In this document: positions 10,016-19,572 of the stretch, one piece after another
How positions within the stretch are numbered: the first letter of the stretch is position 1
Layout of the letters: each line of letters opens with the position of its first letter
Notes under the pieces: generated by a model
Databases searched by the model: none
Told to the model about the DNA's origin: nothing
The model's input: the letters and a program-made list of their open reading frames with translations, nothing else
Translations under genes and position numbers: made by a program
DNA from: Candidatus Bipolaricaulota bacterium
GTDB lineage: Bacteria; Bipolaricaulota; Bipolaricaulia; UBA7950; UBA9294
Length of the DNA stretch: 64,000 bases
Reading direction: 5' to 3'
Assembly: GCA_027007005.1 (NCBI GenBank)
Contig: JALTFO010000024.1
Span: forward strand, 6,619-70,618

Positions 10016-11134
10016 GTGGCCAAACGCGATTATTACGAAGTGCTTGGGGTTTCGCGAGATGCCAATCCCGAGGAGATCAAGCGCGCCTATCGGAAGAAGG
10101 CGAAGGAACTCCACCCGGACAAGAACCCGGACGCACGCGCCCAGGCTGAGGAGAAATTTAAGCGAGTAGCGGAGGCCTATGAGGTCCTTTCAGATCCGGA
10201 CAAACGGGCACAGTATGATCGCTATGGCCACGCGGGCCCGGCGCAGGGATTTAACTTCGGGCAAACCGACTTTAATCGGGCACGGCAAGCATACTCCGAG
10301 TTTGGTTTCGGAGGAGTGGAGGACATCTTCGATCTCTTCTTCCGCCAGGGTGGCGGGGCACGCTCTGCAACTCGCACGCAGCGCGCATCGCAGGGAGAGG
10401 ACATCGAGTACAAGCTGCGGATCACTCTGGGAGACGCTGCCACCGGCACGAAGATGAAGATCACCGCACCGCGACTCGTCACCTGCGATGTCTGTCACGG
10501 GAGCGGAATGGAACCGGGAACATCGAAGCGCAAGTGTCCTACGTGCCACGGCCGGGGACAGATCGAATACCGTCAGCAGAGCCTCCTTGGAAGCTTCGTA
10601 AACGTCAGGGTCTGTCCCGAATGCAAAGGGACCGGGGAGATCATTGAGAACCCTTGTCACCACTGTCACGGAACTGGGAGGGTGAAGGAGAAGAGCAAGA
10701 TCTCGATCACCGTTCCTGCTGGTGTCGATAGCGGGTCACGCCTGCGGCTCAGGGAACAAGGAAACGTTGGGCCAAACGGCGGACCAGCCGGTGATTTATA
10801 CATCGTAATCGAGGTCATCCCCGATCCACGTTTTAGGAGAGAAGGGCGCGACATTCACTCTACGGTGAACGTGCACTACCACGAGGCTGTTCTGGGAACG
10901 AAGGTGAAGGTCGATACACTGTGGGGACATGAGACGATCTCTATCCCGGCTGGAACACAACCAGGGGCAATCATTCGTCTGCGCGGGAAAGGAATGCCCG
11001 ATTTGCATAGATCGGGACGAGGAGATCACTTTGTTAAGGTAAGAGTTATCGTTCCCAAGAAACTCTCCGCAGCGCAACGCCGCGCTGTGAAAGAATTGGC
11101 AAAGGCCTTCCCGGCAAGCAATGGTGGCACCTAA
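10016..11134 (+). CDS. dnaJ: Co-chaperone DnaJ
   Basis: It has a J-domain with HPD (ELHPDKNP), a G/F-rich region and four CxxCxGxG zinc motifs. The start codon is GTG. Confidence 0.95.
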   Translation: MAKRDYYEVLGVSRDANPEEIKRAYRKKAKELHPDKNPDARAQAEEKFKRVAEAYEVLSDPDKRAQYDRYGHAGPAQGFNFGQTDFNRARQAYSEFGFGGVEDIFDLFFRQGGGARSATRTQRASQGEDIEYKLRITLGDAATGTKMKITAPRLVTCDVCHGSGMEPGTSKRKCPTCHGRGQIEYRQQSLLGSFVNVRVCPECKGTGEIIENPCHHCHGTGRVKEKSKISITVPAGVDSGSRLRLREQGNVGPNGGPAGDLYIVIEVIPDPRFRREGRDIHSTVNVHYHEAVLGTKVKVDTLWGHETISIPAGTQPGAIIRLRGKGMPDLHRSGRGDHFVKVRVIVPKKLSAAQRRAVKELAKAFPASNGGT

Positions 11135-11724
11135 GCTGAACCGCTGATCTCCAGCAGCACTTCCTTGATCAGTTCGATTGCCCGCCGGCGATGGCTGATC
11201 TTGTTCTTCTCATCCATCGTCATCTGGGCCAGCGTGCACGTGTACCCATCGGGAACAAACAGCGGATCGTATCCAAACCCGTTGCTTCCTGCCGGAGACT
11301 CTACGATCTTCCCGGTGAGAACCCCCTGACGCACGTACTCTCGCCCATCCATAAGGCGCAGTGAGACAACGATGACGAAGCGCGCACTTCGGTCAGTGAT
11401 GTCGAGCATCCGCTCAAGTAGGAGAGCGTTGTTGCGTTCATAGTCGACGGGTTCTCCAGAGTAGCGTGCCGATCTGACTCCCGGCTCTCCTCCGAGAGCA
11501 TCAACTACCAATCCAGCATCGTCAGCAAGGACCGAGAGGCCGGTCTCTCTTGAGATTGCGCGTGCCTTTAGGAGTGCGTTGTCGCGAAACGTCTCTCCAT
11601 CCTCTTCTACCTCGGAAAACGGGACGTCGGAAACAGAGAGGAGCTCCAAGCCTTTCACATCGGCCAGGAGCTCCCGTAATTCTCTAATCTTTCCTTTGTT
11701 CCTCGTCCCAAGGAGGAGAATCAT
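11131..11724 (-). CDS. rdgB: Non-canonical purine NTP pyrophosphatase (RdgB/HAM1 family)
   Basis: It has TxNxGKxxE at the N-terminus ([10 protein letters not shown]), FGYDPLF and SHRxxA. Its 3' end overlaps the dnaJ stop in convergent orientation. Confidence 0.85.
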   Translation of the reverse strand: MILLLGTRNKGKIRELRELLADVKGLELLSVSDVPFSEVEEDGETFRDNALLKARAISRETGLSVLADDAGLVVDALGGEPGVRSARYSGEPVDYERNNALLLERMLDITDRSARFVIVVSLRLMDGREYVRQGVLTGKIVESPAGSNGFGYDPLFVPDGYTCTLAQMTMDEKNKISHRRRAIELIKEVLLEISGSA

Positions 11725-12764
11725 TCAGTGACAACAGGGCGCAGGTTCAGCTCATCAGCAAGGTGGCACTTGACGAAGTGCTCACCACCGAGGTCGCGGT
11801 AGATCGGCTCCTCTGTCTTGCAGATGTCCTTTGCGTATTGGCAACGCGGATGGAAGTAGCATCCAGACGGCGGGTTGACCGGGCTTGGAACGTCACCTTG
11901 AAGGATGATCCGCTCTACATTGTAGTCCGGATCAGCAATTGGTACTGCTGACATCAACGCCTCGGTGTAGGGGTGCTTCGGGTTTCCGAATAACTCTTCT
12001 GTCGCTGCAAGCTCGACGATCTTCCCGAGGTACATGACCGCCACTCGATCGCTGATGTGCTTGACCACTGAGAGATCGTGCGCCACGAACAGATACGTGA
12101 GGCCAAATTCCTCCTGCAAGCCCTCCAACAGGTTCAACACCTGTGCCTGAATCGAAACGTCAAGCGCGGACACAGGCTCGTCAGCGACGATAAGTTGCGG
12201 ATCGAGTGCCAATGCACGTGCAACACCGATGCGCTGTCGTTGTCCGCCGGAGAATTCGTGTGGATAGCGCTTCATGTGATCTGGCTTTAGGCCAACGGCA
12301 GCCAGGAGCTCGCGAACTCTCTCCTCACGCTCTTGCCCCCTAGCGATCTTGTGCACAAGGAGAGGCTCTCCCACGATCGAACCGACAGTCATACGTGGGT
12401 TAAGTGAGGAATACGGGTCCTGGAAGATAATCTGCATATCGCGGCGCAACGCCTTCAGCACCTTGTGAGACGCCTTGGCGACATCGACTTCCTTGTAACC
12501 GCCGTCTGTGCCAAGCTTCTTACTCTTAAAACGGATTTCTCCGGCCGTTGGCTCGATCAGGCGAAGGATCGAGCGGCCTGTCGTCGTCTTTCCGCAACCG
12601 CTCTCGCCGACCAAACCAAGTGTCTCTCCCTCTTTGATGTACATATCGACGCCGTCGACCGCTTTTACCTGCGCCACGACACGCCGCAATAGCCCCTTAC
12701 GCACCGGAAAGTGCTTCTTCAGGCCTTTAACGTCCAGTAGAATGTTGTCAGAAGACAAGCGCAA
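11721..12764 (-). CDS. oppF: Oligopeptide/dipeptide-type ABC transporter ATPase (OppF/DppF-like)
   Basis: It has Walker A (GESGCGKTT), the signature LSGGQRQR, Walker B, and the Opp-type C-terminal extension with Cys residues. Confidence 0.85.
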   Translation of the reverse strand: MRLSSDNILLDVKGLKKHFPVRKGLLRRVVAQVKAVDGVDMYIKEGETLGLVGESGCGKTTTGRSILRLIEPTAGEIRFKSKKLGTDGGYKEVDVAKASHKVLKALRRDMQIIFQDPYSSLNPRMTVGSIVGEPLLVHKIARGQEREERVRELLAAVGLKPDHMKRYPHEFSGGQRQRIGVARALALDPQLIVADEPVSALDVSIQAQVLNLLEGLQEEFGLTYLFVAHDLSVVKHISDRVAVMYLGKIVELAATEELFGNPKHPYTEALMSAVPIADPDYNVERIILQGDVPSPVNPPSGCYFHPRCQYAKDICKTEEPIYRDLGGEHFVKCHLADELNLRPVVTE

Positions 12765-12772
12765 TCACCTCT

Positions 12773-13756
12773 CTACGTATATAGCCAGCAGGAGACCAGG
12801 TGGCCAGGAGTTATCTCTTTGAGCGTTGGTACCTGTGTCTTGCAGATGTCCATCGCATGCGGACACCGCGGTTCAAACCCACAACCTTCAGGAACATCGA
12901 ATGGATCAGGAACCACACCCTTAATCGGGACGAGACGCTCTTTTTTCGTCGTCGTAAGGGACGGAATGGAGTTCATCAACCCCTCTGTATACGGGTGTTT
13001 GGCGTTGTGGAAAATCTCGCGTACCGACGCCGACTCAACGATCTTTCCCAGATACATGATCACAACATCATCGGCCATGCCAGCGATTACCCCAAGATCA
13101 TGCGTGATAAACTGGATCGATGCCTTAAAATCACGCCGCAGGTCGTTCATCAGGTCGAGCACCTGCGCCTGAATCGTTACATCGAGTGCTGTCGTCGGTT
13201 CATCGGCAATCAACAGGGAAGGGTTGCACGATAGAGCCATGGCGATCATCGCTCGCTGTCTCATACCACCAGAAAGCTGGTGCGGGTACTCGTCGACCCG
13301 CTGCTCCGGTACAGGGATCCCCACTGAGTGAAGCATTTCAATCGCCTTCTGCCGCGCCTGGTGTTTGTTCAAGTGTTGGTGAAGAATGATCGCTTCCATG
13401 ATCTGGTTTCCGATGGTGTACACCGGATTCAGGGAGGTCATCGGCTCCTGAAAGATCATTGCGATCTCGTTACCGCGGATTGATCGGTATTTGTGCCCCT
13501 TAGGGTTCAGTTTTGTAAGGTCAGTCTCTTTACCATTCTGGGAGTAGATGATCTCGCCTGCTGCTATCTTTCCTGGCGGGCTCTGAACGAGGCCCATTAC
13601 GGACAGAGCAGTCACCGACTTTCCGCATCCACTCTCGCCGACTACCCCAAGTGTCTTTTCCGGTTCGATGGTAAAATCGACACCATCCACCGCTCGCACT
13701 ACACCATCTTCGGTGTAGAAGTACGTCTTAAGTCCTCTTACATCGATTAGCGGCAC
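12773..13756 (-). CDS. oppD: Oligopeptide/dipeptide-type ABC transporter ATPase (OppD/DppD-like)
   Basis: It has Walker A (GESGCGKSV), LSGGMRQR, Walker B ([12 protein letters not shown]), and the C-terminal oligo_HPY-like region. Confidence 0.85.
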   Translation of the reverse strand: MPLIDVRGLKTYFYTEDGVVRAVDGVDFTIEPEKTLGVVGESGCGKSVTALSVMGLVQSPPGKIAAGEIIYSQNGKETDLTKLNPKGHKYRSIRGNEIAMIFQEPMTSLNPVYTIGNQIMEAIILHQHLNKHQARQKAIEMLHSVGIPVPEQRVDEYPHQLSGGMRQRAMIAMALSCNPSLLIADEPTTALDVTIQAQVLDLMNDLRRDFKASIQFITHDLGVIAGMADDVVIMYLGKIVESASVREIFHNAKHPYTEGLMNSIPSLTTTKKERLVPIKGVVPDPFDVPEGCGFEPRCPHAMDICKTQVPTLKEITPGHLVSCWLYT

Positions 13757-13782
13757 CGATCTTCCCTCCTTGTACAGACGAT

Positions 13783-14007
13783 CTACATAGTCGAAAGAAT
13801 AAACCCGAGAAACAGGAATACCCCTGCCAGGATAGAAGTGGCAGTACGCTTCGGGTCCCTTGTTTCATCGCGTCCGAATACAGTACTGGACATTCCAGAA
13901 CCAAATGCACCACCAAGCCCGGAATGCTCGCTCATTTGAAACAGGATTAGTCCCATCATGGCAAAGCAATCCATGAAGAACACGCCCTCTAGGATTATTC
14001 TCAACAT
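13783..14007 (-). CDS. secG: Preprotein translocase subunit SecG (74 aa)
   Basis: This is a small two-TM protein with a central glycine-rich GLGGAFGSG motif. An internal ATG at 14007 with a GAGGGA-type ribosome-binding site fits better than the 121-aa ORF in the track. Confidence 0.65.
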   Translation of the reverse strand: MLRIILEGVFFMDCFAMMGLILFQMSEHSGLGGAFGSGMSSTVFGRDETRDPKRTATSILAGVFLFLGFILSTM

Positions 14008-14179
14008 GCGATATCTTTCCCTCTCTTCGTAATTGTCGCGCCGGTAAGTTTCTTGACGCACTAGCGGTGGATTATAGCACGAAACTGTCGCATGCACAAA
14101 GAATGTGCTTTCTTGCACCCGAGCTCGGGTTTCCTTATGCTGTATCATCGATATCGGGTACTTACGACAGGAGGCAGCA

Positions 14180-15796
14180 TTGCGTAAAGTGATCGTGGTA
14201 ACTGGTGGGGTGATCTCTGGACTTGGGAAAGGGGTCGTTGCCGCGTCGATCGCCCTGCTATTTAAGCTGAGTGGATATCATGTAAACCTACAGAAGATTG
14301 ATCCGTACGTGAACTTGGATGCGGGAACGATGAATCCTTACGAGCACGGTGAGGTATTTGTAACGCGCGATGGGAAGGAGACCGACCTGGACATCGGTCG
14401 CTACGAGCGTTTCCTCGATGAGTCTCTCTCCGCTGCCAACTACATCACCACAGGCAAGGTGTACTGGAATGTCATCCGCCAAGAACGCGCCGGTGCCTTT
14501 CTCGGTCAGACCGTTCAGGTGATCCCCCACGTCACCAACGAGATTAAGAGGCTGATCAACCTCCCCATGGAAGAGGGAGACGCGGAGATCGGCGTGATCG
14601 AGGTGGGAGGTACCGTAGGCGACATCGAGAGCCTGCCGTTCCTCGAAGCGCTTCGCCAGTTAAAGGATGACCTACCGCGCCAGGACACGTTCTTTATTCA
14701 CCTCACACTACTGCCACACCTAGCGAGCACCGATGAAATCAAGACGAAGCCAACGCAACACAGCGTAAAAGAACTGCGCGCCATCGGTATCCAACCCGAT
14801 GCCATCGTCGCTCGCTGTGATCGTGCTCTTTCTGATTCGGTGAAGAAGAAGATTGCTCTGTTCTGCGATGTGAGGGAGGATAATGTCATCGGGGATCCTG
14901 ATCTGTTCACGATATACGATGTCCCGTTGCTCTTTGCTGACCAAGGTGTCGATCGCCTGATCGCAAGAGGGCTGGGGTTAAACGACCGTGTTGCGCAGAT
15001 CGATAGGTGGAGAGAGCTCGTCTCGGTTCTGCATTCACCACAGAAGAAGGTGCATATCGCCATCGTCGGTAAGTACGTTGAGCTCACGGACTCATACATC
15101 AGTATAAAAGAAGCTCTCATACATGCTGGGATGCACTTGAATACACAGGTAGACATTTCCTGGATTTCAGCGGAGGAGATAACGAGCAAGGGTGAAGCAG
15201 AGCTGTTGCGAGGAATGGACGGCTTGTTGATCCCGGGAGGTTTTGGAGATCGCGGTGTAGAGGGAAAGATCGAAGCAATTAAACACGCGCGCGAAACGGG
15301 AATGCCGTTCTTCGGGATCTGTCTTGGCCTTCAGTGCGCAGCGATTGAGTTTGCACGCGACGTGCTCGGGCTAACGCAGGCAAACAGTTCTGAGTTCGAT
15401 CCCCATACCCCAGATCCAGTGATCGACATCATGACAGAGCAGACAGCTGTTACCGACAAAGGTGGAACGATGCGTTTGGGCGAGTATGAGGCTATCTTGA
15501 AGGAGGGATCAATTAGCAAGTCGTGTTACGCGAAGGAACACATCTATGAACGTCATCGCCATCGCTACGAATTTAATACCGCTTATAGAGAACGTTTCGA
15601 GGAGGAAGGAATGCACGTGGCAGCAACATCTCCCGATGGTAGGCTCGCGGAGATCGTTGAGCTCGCAGGCCATCCCTGGTTTGTCGGTGTACAGTTTCAC
15701 CCGGAGTTTCAGTCGCACTTCCTCTCGCCACACCCGCTGTTCACCGGTTTTGTGAAGGCATGTCTCGAAAACGGATCCTCATCCTCGTCGTCCTGA
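14180..15796 (+). CDS. pyrG: CTP synthase
   Basis: It has VTGGVISGLGKG, the ALase domain, and a GATase domain with GICLGLQ and HRHRYE. A TTG at 14180 lies 5 nt after AGGAGG (14169-14174), so the GTG at 14105 in the track is probably too early. Confidence 0.93.
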   Translation: MRKVIVVTGGVISGLGKGVVAASIALLFKLSGYHVNLQKIDPYVNLDAGTMNPYEHGEVFVTRDGKETDLDIGRYERFLDESLSAANYITTGKVYWNVIRQERAGAFLGQTVQVIPHVTNEIKRLINLPMEEGDAEIGVIEVGGTVGDIESLPFLEALRQLKDDLPRQDTFFIHLTLLPHLASTDEIKTKPTQHSVKELRAIGIQPDAIVARCDRALSDSVKKKIALFCDVREDNVIGDPDLFTIYDVPLLFADQGVDRLIARGLGLNDRVAQIDRWRELVSVLHSPQKKVHIAIVGKYVELTDSYISIKEALIHAGMHLNTQVDISWISAEEITSKGEAELLRGMDGLLIPGGFGDRGVEGKIEAIKHARETGMPFFGICLGLQCAAIEFARDVLGLTQANSSEFDPHTPDPVIDIMTEQTAVTDKGGTMRLGEYEAILKEGSISKSCYAKEHIYERHRHRYEFNTAYRERFEEEGMHVAATSPDGRLAEIVELAGHPWFVGVQFHPEFQSHFLSPHPLFTGFVKACLENGSSSSSS

Positions 15797-16545
15797 TCGG
15801 GGGCATGATCGCTGTATGGCTATTGCTGTCATCGCCTGCTCCCAAGAGATCACGAGCGTTGTCACAAGCGCGTGGTATTTCCCTCTTTGGCTACGATAAA
15901 CAGGGCAGAACCACGTGGGCCCTGCATGCAGAACAAGGAGACACAAAAAAAGGAGAAGACAGCACTCTAACTGGTGTCTCGCTTAGCTTCCTCTCTGATA
16001 AGAAAGTTGAAGCAAAAGCAAAGTGCGATACTCTCTCCTACTCAGGTGATAAGGCTACTCTCACTGGAAATGTTACACTCAGCGAAGATGAAAGAATACG
16101 CCTTGTGACACAGAGGGCCGATTGGAATACGACAGCGAGGGAGATCAGTGCATCGGACGTGACAATAGAGGTGCAATCCGGATCAATTACCGCTCCGCAG
16201 TTTCGTTACCAGACAGATGATCGAAGGGCGATCATGAGCGGAGGGGTGAAGGCCTCACTTACTGGGGCACTCCCTCTGACAGTCAACGGGGATAAGGCAG
16301 ATGCGCATGCCGACTTGATCACCATAGAAGGAAATGTGCGCGTACACGTGCGTGACGAGATCTACACCGCAGATAACCTTGAGTACTCATCAACAGACGA
16401 TGTTGCTACGCTCTCTGGTGGTGTGGTCGGCACGTTTTCTCACGGGGAGATCACTGCAGGTAAACTTGTCATCGGCAAAGATGAAACATCTGCTAGTGGC
16501 AGCGTCCACATCAGCCTTAAGAGCGGATTCTTCGGAGGTTCGTAA
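15760..16545 (+). CDS. LptC/LptA (OstA-like) family LPS-transport protein with an N-terminal TM anchor
   Basis: It has an N-terminal TM helix, then repetitive beta-rich segments of the 'GNV.l......a d.l.y' type, and lies directly upstream of lptB with an ATGA-type junction. It overlaps the pyrG 3' end by 37 nt. Confidence 0.55.
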   Translation: MSRKRILILVVLIGGMIAVWLLLSSPAPKRSRALSQARGISLFGYDKQGRTTWALHAEQGDTKKGEDSTLTGVSLSFLSDKKVEAKAKCDTLSYSGDKATLTGNVTLSEDERIRLVTQRADWNTTAREISASDVTIEVQSGSITAPQFRYQTDDRRAIMSGGVKASLTGALPLTVNGDKADAHADLITIEGNVRVHVRDEIYTADNLEYSSTDDVATLSGGVVGTFSHGEITAGKLVIGKDETSASGSVHISLKSGFFGGS

Positions 16546-17258
16546 TGGCACTTGAGGCGCAGGGCCTTATGAAAAAGTATGGTCAGCGTCGTGTCGTCGA
16601 TGGCATAAGCCTTGCTGTTGAACCTGGCAGGATTATCGGTCTGTTGGGCCCAAACGGCGCTGGCAAGACGACCACTTTTCACATGATGATCGGGTTCATT
16701 GCCGCTGATGATGGACGGATATTGCTCCATGGCAAGGACATTTCCCGTTTTCCATTTTACAAACGTGCACGCCTTGGAATTGGCTATCTTCCACAAGAAC
16801 CCTCCGTCTTCACGCGCGCCACCGTTGAAGAGAACCTTAACCTCGTGTTGGAACGTGAAGAAAAGACTAGACGGACGGAACTATGCAAGGAAATTATGCG
16901 AGAGTTTGATCTGGAGAAACTAAGGACGCGGCTGGCGGGAAGCCTATCTGCCGGGGAGCGAAGGCGCCTGGAAATCGCGCGTTGCCTGGCCACCGATCCC
17001 TCATTCATACTCCTTGATGAACCATTCTCTGGGATTGATCCGATCTCCATTGCCGACCTGCAAAACCATGTGATGGCCTTGCGCGAGCGTGACATCGGCC
17101 TTGTGGTGACAGATCACAACGTGCGCGATACGCTCTACATTACCGACTATGCGTACCTGATGAACGAAGGGCGGATAATCACCGAGGGTGCGCCGGAAGA
17201 GATCGTCAACGATCCTCTTGCTCGTCGTTTTTATCTGGGAGAGAGGTTTCGGGCATAG
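16545..17258 (+). CDS. lptB: LPS export ABC transporter ATPase LptB
   Basis: It has Walker A (GPNGAGKTTTF), GIGYLPQEPSVF, LSAGERRRLEIAR and the LLDEPF Walker B, which are typical of LptB. Confidence 0.85.
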   Translation: MALEAQGLMKKYGQRRVVDGISLAVEPGRIIGLLGPNGAGKTTTFHMMIGFIAADDGRILLHGKDISRFPFYKRARLGIGYLPQEPSVFTRATVEENLNLVLEREEKTRRTELCKEIMREFDLEKLRTRLAGSLSAGERRRLEIARCLATDPSFILLDEPFSGIDPISIADLQNHVMALRERDIGLVVTDHNVRDTLYITDYAYLMNEGRIITEGAPEEIVNDPLARRFYLGERFRA

Positions 17259-18042
17259 TCCGCTTGTACAGCTTGCGAGCGAAGATGAAGATTAGAAACC
17301 CGGCGATGAGCACCGCGCTGATCACGTGCGCCGCCCGGATTGGTCCGAGCCACAGGCTGTCCCCACGAGTAAAGCTGACAATCGATCGATCGATCGAGTA
17401 GAGAATGAAGTACAGCGACGTCAAGAATCCGTCCTTGTAGCCCCGCTTCCGCAGCCGCCACAAGAACGCGAAAATCATTAAGTTAAGGATCATCTCGTAG
17501 ATCATCGATGGGTGCGTCGCCTGCCCAGGGTAGGCCATTCCCGCTGGCGACGTGGGTGGAAAGTGGATCCCCCAAGGAAGTGTGGTGGGAACGCCGTAGG
17601 CGTCTCCGTTCATCAGATTCCCAATGCGGCCGATCGCTTGGCCGAGGATCAGGGCAAGGGAGATGGAGTCCGTGAGTGCCCAGAAGCGGATTTTCTTCCA
17701 ATGTGAAAACAGGAATACGGCGATGATCCCGCCGATCACCCCACCGTGGATCGCCAGCCCTCCCTGCCATATCTTCACGATGTCCGCCGGGTGAGCCCCG
17801 TAATACCCCCACTGAAAGGCGACGTAGTAGATTCGCGCCCCGATGATCGCCGCCGGGATCATCCACAGCAGCAGATCGAGGAGGTCATCGGTTGATACTA
17901 GTTTCCCGGTTGCCCCGCAGACCATCTTCTTGCGCTTAACCTCACGCGAAAGAATGAATAGGCCGAGTGTAATAGCGATCACATACATCAGCCCGTAGTA
18001 ACGTATGGTGATTGGTCCAAGTTGTACAAGAATTGGATGCAT
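17206..18042 (-). CDS. lgt: Prolipoprotein diacylglyceryl transferase
   Basis: It is a polytopic membrane protein with Lgt motifs (IRYYGLMY, GGLAIHGG, GRIGNLMNGD, HPSMIYE). Confidence 0.9.
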   Translation of the reverse strand: MHPILVQLGPITIRYYGLMYVIAITLGLFILSREVKRKKMVCGATGKLVSTDDLLDLLLWMIPAAIIGARIYYVAFQWGYYGAHPADIVKIWQGGLAIHGGVIGGIIAVFLFSHWKKIRFWALTDSISLALILGQAIGRIGNLMNGDAYGVPTTLPWGIHFPPTSPAGMAYPGQATHPSMIYEMILNLMIFAFLWRLRKRGYKDGFLTSLYFILYSIDRSIVSFTRGDSLWLGPIRAAHVISAVLIAGFLIFIFARKLYKRTMPETSLPDKNDEQEDR

Positions 18043-18077
18043 GATTTCCCCTCACGTAGCGATATGATTATAAGTAT

Positions 18078-19550
18078 ATGCTGACCTCACGCACTAGGAA
18101 AGCTCTATTAGGAATCGTTGCTGGAGCGAGCATGGCACTGGTCATGCCAGGGCTCCCGCTTGGCATGGCATCGTTTATCGCGCTCATTCCCTTCTTGTTT
18201 TTGTTGGAGAATGGCGGCGGATTCCTTCCTTCCTACATCTGTGGATTTGTCTTCTTCCTCATCAACCTCAGATGGCTGTTTACGTTGACCCGTTTCGATA
18301 CACTGGCGATTCCCGGTGTTCTTCTTCTCTTTGCATATCTTGCCGTCTTCTTCGGCCTGTTCGGTCTGATCCTTGGCGCGATAAGGAAGAAGTGGGGACA
18401 CGATTCATCGCTCCTGATAGTCTTCCCTGTGCTATTCACGCTCTTTGAGATCTTGCGCAATGTCGGGCCGTTGGCTCTTGGCTTCTCATCGCTTTACCAA
18501 TCACTCTATTCGTATCCCGTGCTCATACAAATAGCAGCATATCTTGGGCCGTGGAGCCTCACCGCGGTGATAGCTTTTGTGAATGTTGCGCTCTATCTTG
18601 CAATTCGCAGGAAGAAGGCTCTATTCGCTATCCTCGCTGCCGGGGTGATTTCGATATTGCTCCTCTTCTCGCTACTTCCGGTTAACGATGATGGCATGCA
18701 GACGAAGGTTGCGATCGTTTCCTCACAGGTATCCCAGGAGGAGAAGCTCGACGATCGAAATCTCTTTCCTCTTCTCGATCGCTACATCTCTCTCGGGTGG
18801 GATGCGGCGGCACGTGATCCTGATCTGATAGTGTTTCCCGAATCGATCCTCCCCGGTTACATCCTGCGTGACGATCGGCTCCTCCCACAGTTTACAACTT
18901 TAGCGAAGAAGGCACAGGCAGAGATCCTCTTTGGGACCGGTGACTACGTGCACGGGAAGATCTATAACAGCGTTGCTGCCATCACGCCACGTGGAGGTCT
19001 TGTCGGAACGTACGACATGGTCCATCCCGTACCGTTTGGTGAATATATCCCCGGGAGGAATCTGTTGGAGAGGATCGGGCTGAAGCACTTTATCGATTCC
19101 TTCTTACCGCAGGAAGTCACGCAAGGGAATTCATACGATCCCCTTGCTGGTGTGGGAACGCCGATCTGCTTTGAATCAACCTTCTCTGCACCGAGCCACG
19201 AGTTTGTCAGAAACGGCGCATCTCTACTCGCAGTAGTGACTAACGACGCCTGGTTTGCTGGTAGCTCAGAGCTTCCCGCTCACTTCGCCTGTGCGGTATA
19301 CCGCGCGGTGGAGACGCGCCGCTATCTCCTGCAAGCAGCAAATGGTGGAGTATCGGGCGTGATCGATCCGCACGGGAGGATCATCGCCTCGCAGGAGGCG
19401 GAAGGGACTCTCTCGGCAAGAGTGAAACGATTGACCGGTGAATCGTTCTATACCCGTTACGGTGAGTTACCGCTCTATCTGTTGTTTGCAGTTGGTATCT
19501 TGATCGCAGGAATAGTGGAAGTGCGAGAAAAGAATAAGGGGCGGGGATAG
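18078..19550 (+). CDS. lnt: Apolipoprotein N-acyltransferase
   Basis: It has an N-terminal multi-TM domain plus a C-terminal C-N hydrolase domain (FPES, PICFEST, TNDAWF). Confidence 0.85.
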   Translation: MLTSRTRKALLGIVAGASMALVMPGLPLGMASFIALIPFLFLLENGGGFLPSYICGFVFFLINLRWLFTLTRFDTLAIPGVLLLFAYLAVFFGLFGLILGAIRKKWGHDSSLLIVFPVLFTLFEILRNVGPLALGFSSLYQSLYSYPVLIQIAAYLGPWSLTAVIAFVNVALYLAIRRKKALFAILAAGVISILLLFSLLPVNDDGMQTKVAIVSSQVSQEEKLDDRNLFPLLDRYISLGWDAAARDPDLIVFPESILPGYILRDDRLLPQFTTLAKKAQAEILFGTGDYVHGKIYNSVAAITPRGGLVGTYDMVHPVPFGEYIPGRNLLERIGLKHFIDSFLPQEVTQGNSYDPLAGVGTPICFESTFSAPSHEFVRNGASLLAVVTNDAWFAGSSELPAHFACAVYRAVETRRYLLQAANGGVSGVIDPHGRIIASQEAEGTLSARVKRLTGESFYTRYGELPLYLLFAVGILIAGIVEVREKNKGRG

Positions 19551-19560
19551 TCCCCGCCCC
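19538..19560. terminator. Bidirectional hairpin between convergent genes
   Basis: A perfect 10-bp stem (GGGGCGGGGA / TCCCCGCCCC) has the lnt TAG stop codon as its loop. It lies between lnt (+) and the PKD lipoprotein gene (-). Confidence 0.7.
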
Positions 19561-19572
19561 TCGCGCTTGGTT

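Noticed and set aside
17206-17258. The 53-nt convergent overlap of lptB and lgt as a possible annotation error or frameshift
   Set aside because: Both ORFs keep family-typical lengths and motifs up to their ends. Convergent 3' overlaps also occur elsewhere in this window (dnaJ/rdgB, mscS/DUF401), so it is probably genuine genome compaction.
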